64,000 nt of DNA, taken from Tubiluchus corallicola (lineage: Eukaryota > Animalia > Priapulida). This document shows positions 47,501 through 60,249 of this stretch, in pieces (the first letter of the stretch is position 1; each line of letters starts with the position of its first letter). The stretch is taken from positions 62,001 to 126,000 of the forward strand of contig JAQGDQ010000489.1 in the NCBI GenBank assembly GCA_030141605.1, written 5' to 3'. The notes below the pieces were generated by a model. That model saw only the letters and a program-made list of their open reading frames with translations. It ran no database searches and was not told where the DNA came from. Both the position numbers and the translations under genes were made by a program.

Positions 47501-49568
47501 ATTCAACTAAACTTAACCCTTTCAGTCCCAAATTATTTTTTTAATAAGAAATTTTTTTTTGATGTGGTACTTTTGTTCAGTATGTCCATCTTGTTTACAC
47601 ATAATAATTATTTTTTTCTACCTGTGCCCGCATGCTAAATATAGCCTGTATCCCACGGGATACATTGGGATTCAATGGAAGCGTAAAATGTGCTTCATTT
47701 TGCAACTGCTGATAATTTTTTAAAGTATTTAAGACATTTAGTATGCACGCTATGCTGATCTGTACAAAGTCATCTCTAAAGTACTGTACCTTGCACAGTT
47801 TTTTATGCTACGTAGATTTTCTAGTTTGCCATTTTATCGCCATTTTAGTCTATTGTTATTGGCTTGAATCATAATTATTATTAACAGATCAAATTACTGT
47901 CATTTTTAAAATTTTAAAATAAGATTTAATTTTCTTCTTAGCTGCAAATCTGGGACACGGCGGGTCAGGAGCGATTTCGGTCCATTACGCAGTCCTATTA
48001 TCGCAGTGCTAATGCTTTGATTCTAGTTTATGATATCAGCTGCCAGCCATCGTTCGACTGTCTGTCTGACTGGATGAAAGAGATTGAACAGTATGCAACA
48101 CATCCAGTACTAACTGCTCTTGTAGGTAAGTAGTGCTGTAATATATTCTGAGATGTCTGGGTGAGGTAAATCAGAATGCAACTAAGCATGCGCTAAAATC
48201 TTAGATGTGTCGGTATGCTTAAATCAGAATTCCAACACTAAATATGAAACTAAACAGTGTGGGAGGAACAAACACATGAAATCAGGCCGTCACTTTGTTT
48301 ACATCACATACATCAGTGTAACCACGTGTAGATCTCTTATGTATAAAAATATAGAATCAATTGTGCGGAGTTATTTGAGTCAATTGCAGACAGTTTTTAT
48401 ATACTTTTGCATAGGAGCGGCCAGTACTTAGACGTTTTTGAGACAATTAGGTGTCATGTATCCTTGATAGTTGGGTATTTTAAATTGGTATTATGTACGA
48501 AACAAGGTAATCGATATTTTAACTCCACTTAGAGGTTCTCTATGCTCTCAAAATTGCATCAAAACCCCCGGCCTGTTTCAGAGTTTTTTGCAATTTGTCA
48601 TTCTCATTCCTGTAGTATTGTTGTATTGTATTGGATTGTTGTATTGCACTTTGTCGTATTTATTCATTTAACTCAAATGCACAGAAAATCACGTGTACAA
48701 TTTTTTATAGAATAAATAGTTGCAATGAAAATAATAAAAAAAATGTCACGAGGAAAAGGATATTTAGACTGTGAGCTAAACTGCAGTAATTCGATGAATT
48801 AAAACTTGCATTAAACTGCGCAAGTCTCATGCAAGTAGTTGCAGTTTCATTTACAGTCTAGCCTCGTTATCTCGCCCCTCGTTATGCCGCCAAACTCGTC
48901 TCTCGCCATAGAAAGTACCAGCACGGATTTCCTGCTTTGATATTTACCTCGTTAAGTCGCCACCCTCGCTTCTCGCCCTCGCCACGTCATGCTAGGATGA
49001 GTGCTTATGTAAACTATATTCGTTATGTCGCCAAACAGACAAACTCAGAGATGAATCGATCAATACATATACCGCGTGTCGATCAATATAAGTATATGTA
49101 TATACATATAGATTAACTTCGTTATATTCCCGTTATCTCGCCATACTCACCTCTCGCCAAAAATTTGCCCTAGACGGACAGTGGCGAGATAACGAGGCTA
49201 GACTGTACTTCATTTGAAAAAGCAAATTTATGTACATTATTCCTATGTTCGAATTTTTTGTACATCTTACTGGTGATCATGTAGATTCGTTCAATGCATT
49301 TTTGTTTTCTTTGCCAGGTAATAAGTCTGACAAAACTCAGGATCGAGAGGTCCCAAAGGAGATCGGGGAGGCGTTTGCCGAATCGACGAACATGTTATTT
49401 ATGGAAACATCGGCCAAAGAAGCTGATAACGTCGACCAGTTGTTTATGGAGATAGCCGTGACGCTAACTCAAGCAGCCAAAGAGAATGACGTGGGTGGGT
49501 ACCGGGGTCGCGAGGGGTTCCCGGGTCCGGGCACAGAAGTGAGCGGTTCTTGCTGCAAGTATCTGTGA
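43263..49568 (+). CDS. RAB30: Ras-related protein Rab-30, about 201 aa
   Basis: Exons 43263-43349, 47390-47473, 47942-48125, 49318-49568 (606 nt). [31 protein letters not shown] is Rab30-specific; [18 protein letters not shown] and a C-terminal CCKYL prenylation motif are present. The acceptor ending at 43241 implies an upstream non-coding exon (candidate donor at about 42073). Confidence 0.97.
43380..44435. mobile_element. Foldback-like element with modular inverted arms (20/40-bp subrepeats)
   Basis: GGTTTTACATGTCAAATGTAGAC / GTCTACATTTGACGTGTAAAACC, flanked by TATA on both sides. Left arm about 540 bp and right arm about 190 bp of (T)CAAATGT-containing repeats. Confidence 0.8.
45718..46058 (+). 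mobile_element. Possible Helentron-associated non-autonomous element (HINE-like)
   Basis: Starts in a T-run (TTTTACCCATGCC); short subterminal inverted repeat CATGCC/GGCATG; 3' hairpin GCATT-N7-AATGC, then CTAG plus a T-run; internal 32-bp tandem repeat. Confidence 0.45.
47517..47915. mobile_element. piggyBac-like MITE, second copy lacking its right end, in RAB30 intron 2
   Basis: TTAA followed by CCCTTTCAGTCCCAAATT; near-identical to 16898 onward. Confidence 0.82.
48854..49205. mobile_element. Tigger-like MITE of the same family as 27416-28086, internally deleted
   Basis: Perfect TIR CAGTCTAGCCTCGTTATCTCGCC; TA TSD. Confidence 0.88.
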
Positions 49569-49919
49569 TTCAGTTGTAAAGGCCTCATTTTTGTGTACAT
49601 ACAACACGTATGTATGTAATGTATTTATGTATATCTGGTATTGTGTAATTTGTATATATGCTTATGGTGATAACAATGCTTTTGTTCAATTTTTTATTGG
49701 CCACAAGCTTGTCATTGTTTATTGTGATTATGATTGTTTCATTCACAAATTGTTATGTGCAGTAACTGCTTTATTTAGTTTAGATTTTAGAGAGGTGTAA
49801 AATGGCATTTTGAAGTGACTGAAAAAATGTTCAATACAAAGTTATGTTACTCAGAATTGTGCTTATCTGTCTGAAACACCGAAACAGAAAATTCCTGATA
49901 ATTTAAACTGTTCTTGCCA

Positions 49920-50286
49920 GCCTGTAAAACCTTCCCAGTGTGCACCATTGACTCACCAAAAACACGCCTGTAAAACCTTCCCAGTGTGCACCACTGACTC
50001 ACCAAAAGCACACCTGTAAAACCTTCCCATTGTGCACCACTAACTCACCAAAAACACACCTGTAAAACCTTCCCAGTGTGCACCACTGACTCACCAAAAA
50101 CACGCCTGTAAAACCTTCCCAGTGTGCACCACTGACTCATCAAAAACACGCCTGTAAAACCTTCCCAGTGTGCACCACTGACTCACCAAAAACACACCTG
50201 TAAAACCTTCCCAGTGTGCACCACTGACTCACCAAAAACACGCCTGTAAAACCTTCCCAGTGTGCACCACTGACTCACCAAAAGCA
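49920..50286. repeat. 46-bp minisatellite, 8 copies, downstream of the RAB30 stop
   Basis: Unit GCCTGTAAAACCTTCCCAGTGTGCACCACTGACTCACCAAAAACAC. Confidence 0.94.
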
Positions 50287-51259
50287 TGTCATTAATTTTG
50301 CTGACGTAGTTGAGATGAAATAACTTATGCTTTTGCTCAGTTAGCTATGCGTGTGCTGCAAATGCTTCTATTATTTTTTCAAACTTTACGCAATGTTATC
50401 TAAACTTGTTTCAAATGACTTACCCCCAAAATGGGTGCGCTTAACGGTCGTCGTGGGAGTTTAAATTTACAAGTTTTGTGTGTTATAACATTATTGTATG
50501 TAAGTGATATAAAATTTCAAGACGAACTTTTGCTCTTGACTCTGTTTTGAGGTGTGGGGTGCGTTCGTTTCCTTCAAATTGTCCACTGCATTCAACATGG
50601 ATCAAGCAGAACATTTACACAATAAGTTGATGAAAACGATAGTTGATTGATTTAATACCCAAATTTATGTAGCTTACATTCTTGATTCCAAGTAAGTTGC
50701 TGTTAGGTCTTGTGTATTTTTTTTATTTAAATTTGAGCAGCTTCAAATGGCGTATATCATCTATTTGTTCCATACATAAGTTTGTTTTGTTCAAAAGTCG
50801 ATTAAAATGTCGAGTGAGTACAGAAAACTGAAATTACATGATCCTTCCAAAAAGCAAGCCATTTAATAATAGTGGTAACAGTTAAAACACTATGGTAATA
50901 TGTAATACCAGCAGGTACCTTATACATATATTAAGTGTGGTAATTATGCATATGGTATTATATATATAGAGAGAGATGCATTACTATAGAGAGATATTCT
51001 GTAATGATTTGGTGTAGCATATAGCCAAGGCCATAGGCATATGGGATGAAGTCTTACAAGGGGGGGGGGGGACAAGGAATTTGCCCTGAAAGTTTTCTAA
51101 CTTGCCATAGACTATAGCATTTCCAAGTAAGTACCCCATGGTAATATGTAAAACACGTATCTTATACATATATCAAGTGTGGTAATTATATATGCATATG
51201 GTATTATATATATATATAGAGAGAGAGAGATTCTGTAATGATTTAGTGTAGCATATAGC

Positions 51260-52333
51260 CAAGGCCATAGGCATATGGGATGAAGTCTTACAAGGGGGGG
51301 CAGAAGGAATTTGCCCTGAAAGTTTCCTAACTTGCCATAGCTTATATCATTTCCAAATAAGTGCAAACAGTCGGCTACATACACACTTATATAAGATGTA
51401 CTGGCAAAAGTGTCTAAAAACAAAACATTTAGGCCTACTCAGGGCCAGATTTAGATGAACAGGGTCACTCAACTTGTGAGGCCCATTTGCAATCACCGAC
51501 TTGCATCGCCAAGATGGAAGTGTTTTTAAACAAAATTTAAGCAGGGCGCAATGACCAGTGTTTAATGAAGTAATGCAATTACAACTCTTTGTAGTCAGAA
51601 TTCTTATTCCAAATGATACCAGCTTTGTTAAACGCTGTTGTGAACGTAAACTTGTGTAAATTTATTGTTAGAATAAATATAGTGAAAAAGTTTTTGCAAA
51701 ACTGAACTGAATATTTTCATTTTTCAGGCAGAAATTAACAGAAATTTTTAGAAAAATGAAGTTTTAAGTTTACTTTTGCATTCTTTAAAGCCCGTGAGCT
51801 TACAAATTTTATTCTTGTGCATTTTAAGCAGTTTTTTAATATTTAATCTTAAATTTAGAAATTTTACTATACATTTATTTGCCCTGAAAGTAAGTGGTTT
51901 TTTGCTGTGAAAATGTAAAATTCATTTGCCGGGAGGTCAATTGCCCCTCTTCTCATATGCCTATGGCCAAGGCCAGATTATGATCTTTCGAGGCCCATAG
52001 ACTATAATGAAATTGTGGGGCCCCCACAGATGGAGCCACCCTCTAATTTGCTCTCTCTCATCTCGACTTAATTTTACTTGTGATATATTTTTGCAACATT
52101 TGCGTAGTTGCGGGTCCAGTCAATATTTGAAACAAGGGTCCTTTGTCTCAAATAAAAGACCTCAAACAGGGGTTTTTTTTTGTCTCATATGAGGAGCCAC
52201 TTTTAAATTGGATTTTCAGGTTTCCTGGCTTCTTTTTCAAAGTTATGTGAATTATTCAGCAAAGTATGTGTCCCCCAAGCTTGAGTGGCCCTAGGCTGCA
52301 GCCTATACTTGTTTATAGGGTAATCCAGCCCTA
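51260..52333. mobile_element. Nested hAT MITEs: outer 51260-52333, inner 51266-51965
   Basis: Outer termini CAAGGCCAGATT / AATCCAGCCCTA with TSD CATATAGC; inner TIR CATAGGCATATGGGA / TCTCATATGCCTATG with TSD GCCAAGGC. Confidence 0.78.
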
Positions 52334-52750
52334 CATATAGCGTGTTTTTGACTATAACTCACGATTATTAAATCTTGTTAAAATAATTTCCCAATTGTGA
52401 GACATCTGCCTGCTTATACTTATGCTGCTTATTTCAAGGAATGGGTGTGAAATACTATTTTCTCCTAGCAAACGTCCAATTCATTTTTTATTTTTCTCAT
52501 GCATTAAAATTAGATAGCAGTGGTCAGTAGTCCTGGAAATTGGCAAAAACTGGAAGGGCGTGATCAGTTGCAAAAGGTCAGAAAAGTTAACTTAATTTGG
52601 CAAAGAAATGTAACGTTTGCAAATACGTACATGTGTCAATGTAACTGTGCAAGAGATTGGATAAAAGGTGAACAAAACGTGTTTTGACTAACCAGTTTGA
52701 CATGTGAGAAGAAATGGTTTACTTGTCAATTTTTGTCTGATTTTCTACAT

Positions 52751-53358
52751 TAATGCCACTATCATTGTTCTGCCTAATGCCACTATCATTGTTCTGCGTA
52801 ATGCCACTATCATTGTTCTGCATAATGCCACTATCATTGTTCTGCGTAATGCCACTATCATTGTTCTGCATAATGCCACTATCATTGTTCTGCGCAATGC
52901 CACTATGATTGTTCTGCGTAATGCCACTATGATTGTTCTGCCACTATCATTGTTCTGCACAATGCCACTATCATTCTTCTGCGTAATGCCACTATCATTG
53001 TTCTGCGCAATGCCACTATCATTGTTTTGCGCAATGCCACTATGATTGTTCTGCCACTATCATTGTTCTGCACAATGCCACTATCATTCTTCTGCGTAAT
53101 GCCACTATCATTCTTCTGCGTAATGCCACTATCATTGTTCTGCACAATGCCACTATCATTGTTCTGCATAATGCCACTATCATTGTTCTGCGCAATGCCG
53201 CTATCATTGTTCTGCGTAATGCCACTATCATTGTTTTGCGCAATGCCACTATCATTGTTCTGCGTAATGCCACTATCATTGTTCTGCGTAATGCCACTAT
53301 CATTGTTCTGCATAAAGCCACTATGATTGTTCTGCGCAATGCCACTATCATTGTTCTG
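52751..53358. repeat. 24-bp minisatellite, about 25 copies
   Basis: Unit AATGCCACTATCATTGTTCTGCRY. Confidence 0.95.
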
Positions 53359-54331
53359 TAATGTGTAACCTGCCATTTCCTCATACCTGGATCACTTGCC
53401 AGACTATTAGAATACATGCAGTAGAGGTTTTGGATGCAAACAGTGTAATCATTGGGTATTCTTTTAGTAGATAAGTTGGTGGAGTTGTGCATCATTTTCG
53501 ATCAAAAAACACATTATGGAGATAAAGTAATTTATACTTTTGTTTAGTTAGTGAAGTGTGTACCACGAATGCTCTGATGATTTTTTCAAACTTTATGGAG
53601 TGTTACTTAAACTTGTTTAAAACCACTTAGCATTGAAACGGCTGCGCCTAACAATCATCGCAGGAGTTTAAATTTACGAGTTTTATTCAGGCTTTACTGC
53701 TCACGCAAACTCTACATGTAATAAGTCAATGTGTAAGTGATATACAATTTAAAAACTAATGTTTTAAGCTTTTTTATGAAATGTTTTCTTATGCGTTTAA
53801 CTTAACAGTGAGTCATTTTACAAACCAGCTGTCATGTGTATCTGGTTGCTTGGGTGTAGTACGAATCTTAAGTAACTGTTTTGCAAATTAAGCAAGTTCG
53901 TGATTTGCTAGAAATATTTATTTGTAAGTTTATAAAAATTTGCAATTTGGCAGAGACGTTCATTTGTAAAATTACAAGACTACGTAATTTATTGGGCATT
54001 TTTATGTAATTAATTTTAGCACATTTATAAAATTCGTAATGCTTCTTAAGCCCTCCTTGAATGCCTGCTTTTAACTCATATTGGTGCTGTTTTTATTATT
54101 TGCTCACAATGACACTGTTCTATTATTTGCACTTAAGACTGATTTCTCATGAAACTTACATTGATTAATGAAATTTAAAACGTGTGCTCGCATAAGCGTA
54201 TGACAGGACAATTCTAATCTCATTTTTTGTGAAGGCATAACATTGTGAATTAAGAATATGGACCAGCCAATTCTGTACTTTGCAATAATGTAGGCGAAAG
54301 TTGCGCGTTACTTTAAGTTTTTGCTTTAAAG

Positions 54332-54798
54332 CAGGGGTGTGCAAATTATTTGACTAGCCGGGCCACATTAAACTTTCCCACAATTCCTGCGGGCCACATG
54401 CAGTTTGGTCAAGGAACCAGAAAGGCCTAATAACGATTTTTTTGCATCCGAGCTGCGTACGTCATTACTACTACACTCAAGAAACTATTTTAGAAGTTAT
54501 TAAAATTTATATCACAAACCATATATTTCTACTTTCAGGACAGATAGTGGTAATTTCATTACAATGCATATTAGTAATGTGTATCACACAGTCTGTGTAG
54601 TACAGTGACATTAAGCTACAACCATCTTGTAAGGGTTAATGCCATCCGATCTAGTAGAAAAAACTACCCGCACTATTTTTGGGATCGTGGCACGGGCTTC
54701 AGCTGGATGCACTCAATTAATCGCCCGGGCCGCACTTTCATTAGGTTGACAAATCTCTTGGCGCACAAATTCTCTTGGCCGCAATTTGCACACCCCTG
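54332..54798. mobile_element. hAT MITE family A, copy 4
   Basis: Same TIR; TSD CTTTAAAG. Confidence 0.92.
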
Positions 54799-56949
54799 CT
54801 TTAAAGTAATATGTTTTTGATACTGAAGGTAGGCGTACCGACATGTGTGATTGACTATGCGTGCTGTCATTTGAAGTCCCCAACAAAATTACTTTAAAGG
54901 ACACGAAAAGAGGTATACCTGAAGTAGGTTTCAGAAATATCGCCTTTAAAAATTATAATACTTTAACACAATTTTATCGCGTTGGAAAGATTTTTGTTTG
55001 TTTTTATTTGATATCTCTTGCAGTGCTGTTCTGACTGTGTCTTTAGATGAAGTTACATACGCACAGCGTAAAATGCTTGAAAGACTTATGAAACTAGAAA
55101 AGAAAATTATCAATTGTTTAAAATGCTTTCACCAATTGGTAAAATGTCACCGACTCACTCTCCAGGGTGCATCACTCACTAACGAAAAAACTTATTTTTA
55201 ATCTTATTGACAAAATATAGTAATTTAAAATTTTACTTAGTTAGTGACATGTGCGCTACAAATGCTTTGATTATTTTTTCAAACTTTGCTCAATGTTATC
55301 TAAACTTGTTTCAAATGACTCATTGTAAAAATGGCTGCGCATAACAGTCATCGCGGGAATTTAAATTTACAAGTTTTGTAAAGCGTTGCTGCCGACGCAA
55401 GCCCATTATGCAAAAAGGCAGTATGTAGGTGGCATAAAATTTCAAGAGACGAATTTTTTTCAGCTTTGTGTAAGTGGAGGGTTTATTGTGCTTTAATGGT
55501 TCAATATATTGAGCATTTATCCTGTAACCAGCATCTATTCTGAAACTAGCAGGCCCCAAGTTCGACTGAGCACGAATTATTTCTTTTCTGTGCAAAGCAG
55601 AAAAGAGCGCCTCCCTTTAGTCATTACTTTTTAATTCCATCATGAGTTTAGCACGTGCGGTTTCGTGTTCATTTGTGAAAATGAAATATTTTTTCGTTCA
55701 TATAAATCTCAGAAAAAAATTACGAGTTGTCGCCCTAATTCTACAAGAATTACCTTGTCTCTTGAAGAAAATTTGTTTTTTTTTATGATTTTCAGTTTAA
55801 CAGCTAATTTAGGCCTAAAATGTTGCCATGTTAGAGGTTAAAGTTCTTATTAATTTCTACTATTGTAGGATTGCAGTTTTAGTTTCAGTTCATTGCTGGT
55901 TTAGTAAAAATCTACTTTTTTGCGTAATGAACTCGGATTCACAGTGGATGTTCAGCATGCATTTTTAAATTGAGTATTTTTTCAAGTTGTTAATTTATTT
56001 TCTCGCAATCGTGTTTTTTTTTGATATTTTACTGTAATCATGAATTTCCAAGATCTCATGTTATACTAGTGTTATTTTTTCTCTAGTCTAGTTCCTTGCC
56101 TTTTTTTTATTTGTTTGACAGTCTTGTAAACTTGTATACATGCATCTCTACATATTATTGCGTGTTTGTTTTTTATTCCAGCTTCTTTCAAATATTTAAT
56201 ACGTGTAATTTTCATTTTGTTAAACAAATAAAAACATTTTATGCACCTATTTTACTAATTTTTTTCTACTTATATTTTTTTAAATTTAAAATTCAAACTT
56301 CAATGTATCAATATATATATTATTTAATTTCGGTGGTACTGTATTATATATGTCTGTGTATTCTTTCAATTTCAATTTTATTTCACATAGAAACATCTAT
56401 AAAGTTAGCTGCGCACAGTAAAATTTGATGAAAGGTTAATCAGAGTTAATAGATAAAAGGTATTAAAAAACTATGTACATAGATGAAGCATAACACATTA
56501 GCTTGCACATGTCTGACAGAGTTCTGATATTTATCTCAGAAGTACTAATGACACGCCACTAGTTAGCTTAGCAGTGTGTAGCTTTTTGCTGGTGCACTGA
56601 CAGTTGCCAAACATGCTTCAAAAGTTTCTTAAATAGTCGTAAAACATTCGCGGGTTTTCGCCGTTGTCGTCACCAAAACGTCATCAGAAAATTTTTAAAG
56701 TTTGTCGCCGGATTCGCAAGACTCGCTAGCTCACTAAAGCTTCGCTAAAGTGTCATAAAGTTATCTGAACACGAAGAACGCAAAGTAAAGTCCACCATGC
56801 GTCATATTCCAGTGAAGATACCTCTTCAAGCCATAGAACCAGTTATTAAAAAGCCTTCTTCGATGAATCATACGTCCAGGGACATGATTCTGCTCACCTC
56901 TCTATGCCAGGACTCCCCACACGCTGCAATGCTTATTCAAAACTCACAA

Positions 56950-57445
56950 AAGTTTTTGAAAATAGGAAGATTTCTTTGGAAACAAAATTTGAATATTCTC
57001 AGCCTTAGTTGAAACTGTATTTCTGTATAACTCTGAGCTCTGGACTTTAAAAGCAAATCATAAAGCTGAAATTGATGCGTTTTACAGGCGAAATTACAGA
57101 AACATTCTGGGTATTAGATGCCCAAAAAAAATTTCAAACAAAGATATATATGAAAAAATAAAAGAAGAACATTGGACAAAAATAAAAAGACGCCGTTTCA
57201 GATGGATTGGGCTTAAGCTTAGACTACCCGATGATGTTCTAGTGAAGATAGCTCTTCAACAAGCCATAGAACCAGCTAAAAACCTGCAGGAGGACAAATG
57301 TTAACATATTTAGAATTTGCACAGAAAGATTTAAACACTTCAGCATTGATCCTTAGAAATAAATACACTAGGGGGGCATTGCGGCAAGCAGGGAGTCCTG
57401 GCATAGGAGGTGAGCAGAATCATGTCCATGGACGTATGATTCATT
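56950..57445 (+). mobile_element. RTE-clade LINE 3' fragment
   Basis: IFSALVETVFLYNSELWTL...IDAFYRRNYRNILGIR..KISNKDIY...IKRRRFRWIG matches the RTE ORF C-terminal pattern. Confidence 0.72.
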
Positions 57446-58251
57446 GGATATATAATAGTGATGTTCGAAAACCCGAAGACATTTGTGGCGACGTCTTTGA
57501 AAATGCGGCGACGACTGAGTCTATTTTTCAACATTTCGGAGAATCTCGGTTGTCTCGCTCGTGACAAAATTTAGTGAAATTGTCGTGAAACGATCGGAAA
57601 ATGTCGTTTTTGTAAAACTTTTTATTTTTTGTAAAAGTAAACATTTTTTTAAACTTTGTAAAACGGAACTGAATATTTTCATTTTTCAAACAGAAATTTT
57701 TTAGAAAAATGAAATTGCAAGTTTACTTTTGCAGTCTTTAAAGCCCGCGAGTTTACGAATTTTATACCTATGCGTTTTAAGAATTTTTTTAATATTCAAT
57801 ATTAAATTTGAAAATGTTACTCTACAATAACTTGCTCTGAAAATAAATAGCTTTTGCCCTGAAAATGTAAAATTCATTTGTTCTGGGAGGGCAACCGCCC
57901 CCTGACCCCCTGCCTCGTACCCCTCGTAAATTTTAAACCCTATAAGTAGACGGAGGTAATGGACGACAACAAACATTCTAATAATTCAATTTCTCAATTC
58001 AATTTTATTTTCTCAATAGCAGTTTAAAATTCATCTTAATTATTTTTATATTCCATTGTAGCCGAGAAGGAGCAGCGAAAGACCTATTGGTCACTTGGTC
58101 AGCTGCCCCTTATTAAAAATACAAGTTTATCTAATAGCAAGTCTAATAGCAACTGTAAGTGCAACCCTTGAACCCTGGTGCACACATCTTTTGTTGTTTG
58201 TGATAGGTGATAGATGTTTACATTTACACTATGTAGGACATTCATACTGCA

Positions 58252-58772
58252 GGGCGCCGAGTAAGCCACTAGCTGAAATAGATCATTTCCAGTAAAACGC
58301 ATGTACTAAATTTGTGGAAAAGCAGTGTCCGTACATGGGCAGCCCAAGTAGGGCACTGGCAATTTTGACGAGAATCTAGAATTATGATGACTTAATAAAA
58401 CATAAAGCTAAATTTGTTTTAGAGAAAAAATAACTTTATAATAATGATGGATAGTCCCTGAGAATTTACAAAATTAATATGTTTTTTTACAATAGTATCA
58501 TCATCATTATTAGCTCCATTAAAATCATCATAACATTAAACTAAGTATCTAATGCTTTAAAGAGTGAAACTATTTCTGCACACAGTTATTACAGCAATAA
58601 TTGCAAGTTTAAAAATAAGACAGATGCTGCTAAGCCTTCACAACACAAAAAAGTAATTGTTAACATTTAGGAAAAGCAAAGATACTTGGGCTGCCCATGT
58701 ACCACGCGTCCTACTTGGGCTAGCCCACGTACGCCAATTGTCCTACTTCGGCTAGTGGAGTACTCGGCACCC
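58252..58772. mobile_element. Unclassified TIR element
   Basis: Imperfect TIR of about 30 bp, GGGCGCCGAGTA..CCACTAGC / GCTAGTGGAGTACTCGGCACCC, plus an inner inverted repeat GTACATGGGCAGCCCAAGTA. No clear TSD. Confidence 0.6.
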
Positions 58773-59963
58773 AACAATTACTTGCTGGACCCCTGACCTC
58801 GGACCCTCCTGGTGATAACCCTGGTTCAACAGTTCTCTTCAAACAGCTTATGTGAGAGATATACGTTTTGAGATTGATTTTGAAAAGCAACTGTCAGCAA
58901 TGAAGGACTGATTGGGTAAGTGAATTTGTTATAAGCGACAACTGATGAAGCGAGCTAGTGTGCCATAAACAAATCTGTAAAAAATGACAAGATGTTGTAA
59001 TCTCGAGTTTTGTGGTGTCATTGTCTGGACGTGACAGCAGACAGACTGTAGGCTACTAGGAGACAAAATAACACTATTCATCACTTAGGATTTTCATCTG
59101 CAAATAAAAACAAGGGATCTGCACCTTGTAAAAGTAATTAACGTCAAGCATAACGTCAATCATCTTCACTGACCGCCCAATCAGCATGCAGGATTTTTCA
59201 CACCCCTACAGAGCTTACTTAATGCCTGCTCTTTCGGGACATTTAGCTGTTGCTGAATATAGCTGGGCATCTAATACTTTTATGAGAAAAATACTCAACT
59301 TTTCAATAGTTTGCGTGAGAAACATATTGGTCTGCTTTTAGATTTTATTATTGTCGATTGAAATATGTAAGTGAATCAGTGGAAATATATAGTCTAGTTT
59401 CGTTTATTATAAGAAGAAATGCACAGCACTTACGTCTTTGAGTTACTGATTAAACCGCTAATTAGTTTAGTTTATGGATTTGCAAGTTAGATAAAAACAA
59501 CTATTCGTTCATCTTAAAAAAGGACAAATTAACCTAATGACGTTATAGGCCGGCCATAATTATGACACTGCTTTAATGTTTGCAAGCATATTATGGCCTA
59601 CCTGAACACAGTTCAGAAGAAATTCATAATTTGCGATTATTGCAGCCCGAGTTAACAGGTATAAATGATTCTTGCTTAACCTGCGTGTAAAAATTACAGC
59701 CTGTGCACCTCCAAGTAAGTTTGCACAGGTTGTAGAGGATAATTAAGCTAGTCAGCCTTGGTCAGCGATAGTTGAGGCCTAGCCACAGAGTTGAAGTCAT
59801 CCACGGGAATCCGTGACAACTGTCATATGATGAGTAAGCGGGAACACTTGTAGAAACCCAATAATTGGGCAAAATGTTTTACATTTCTTGCCAGTTTTTA
59901 TAAACAGATGTTGATACATTTAGTAGCTTATAACGTAAAAATATAAGATTGAAAGTCAAAGTA

Positions 59964-60034
59964 GCTTTCTAGTGCAATGATTAGTATTACTGCCCGGAAA
60001 GTAGAAAGGCTTGGGTTCGAGTCCCAGGGCAAGT
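59964..60034 (+). pseudogene. tRNA-like sequence (pseudogene or SINE head)
   Basis: A-box-like TAGTGCAATGA; T-arm TTGGG-TTCGAGT-CCCAG; anticodon-like arm CTGC-CCGGAAA-GTAG; poor acceptor stem; T-run downstream. Confidence 0.55.
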
Positions 60035-60249
60035 GCAAAAATTTTTCAGATTTTGTAATTCATTTTTGCTTTCGACTATATATGTAAACTGCTAAAATAA
60101 ACGTGATTAAATATATCTATGTTAAAAATTAAACTGCCTCATAATTATAGTTAAAAGATGCACATAATTTTACGTACTATCTTGATTTACCTGTAATGTG
60201 AATTTAATGCAGCCTATAGTTTAGATCGACAAACGTGTTAGTGGAAAAA

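Noticed and set aside
49920-50286. CRISPR-like regular repeats (also 42453-42592 and 15347-15560)
   Set aside because: Units are head-to-tail with no unique spacers, there are no cas genes, and the context is eukaryotic.
52704-53495. QNNDSGI / NATIIVL repeat ORFs resembling antifreeze or adhesin proteins
   Set aside because: A 24-bp minisatellite open in many frames on both strands; no evidence of exon structure.
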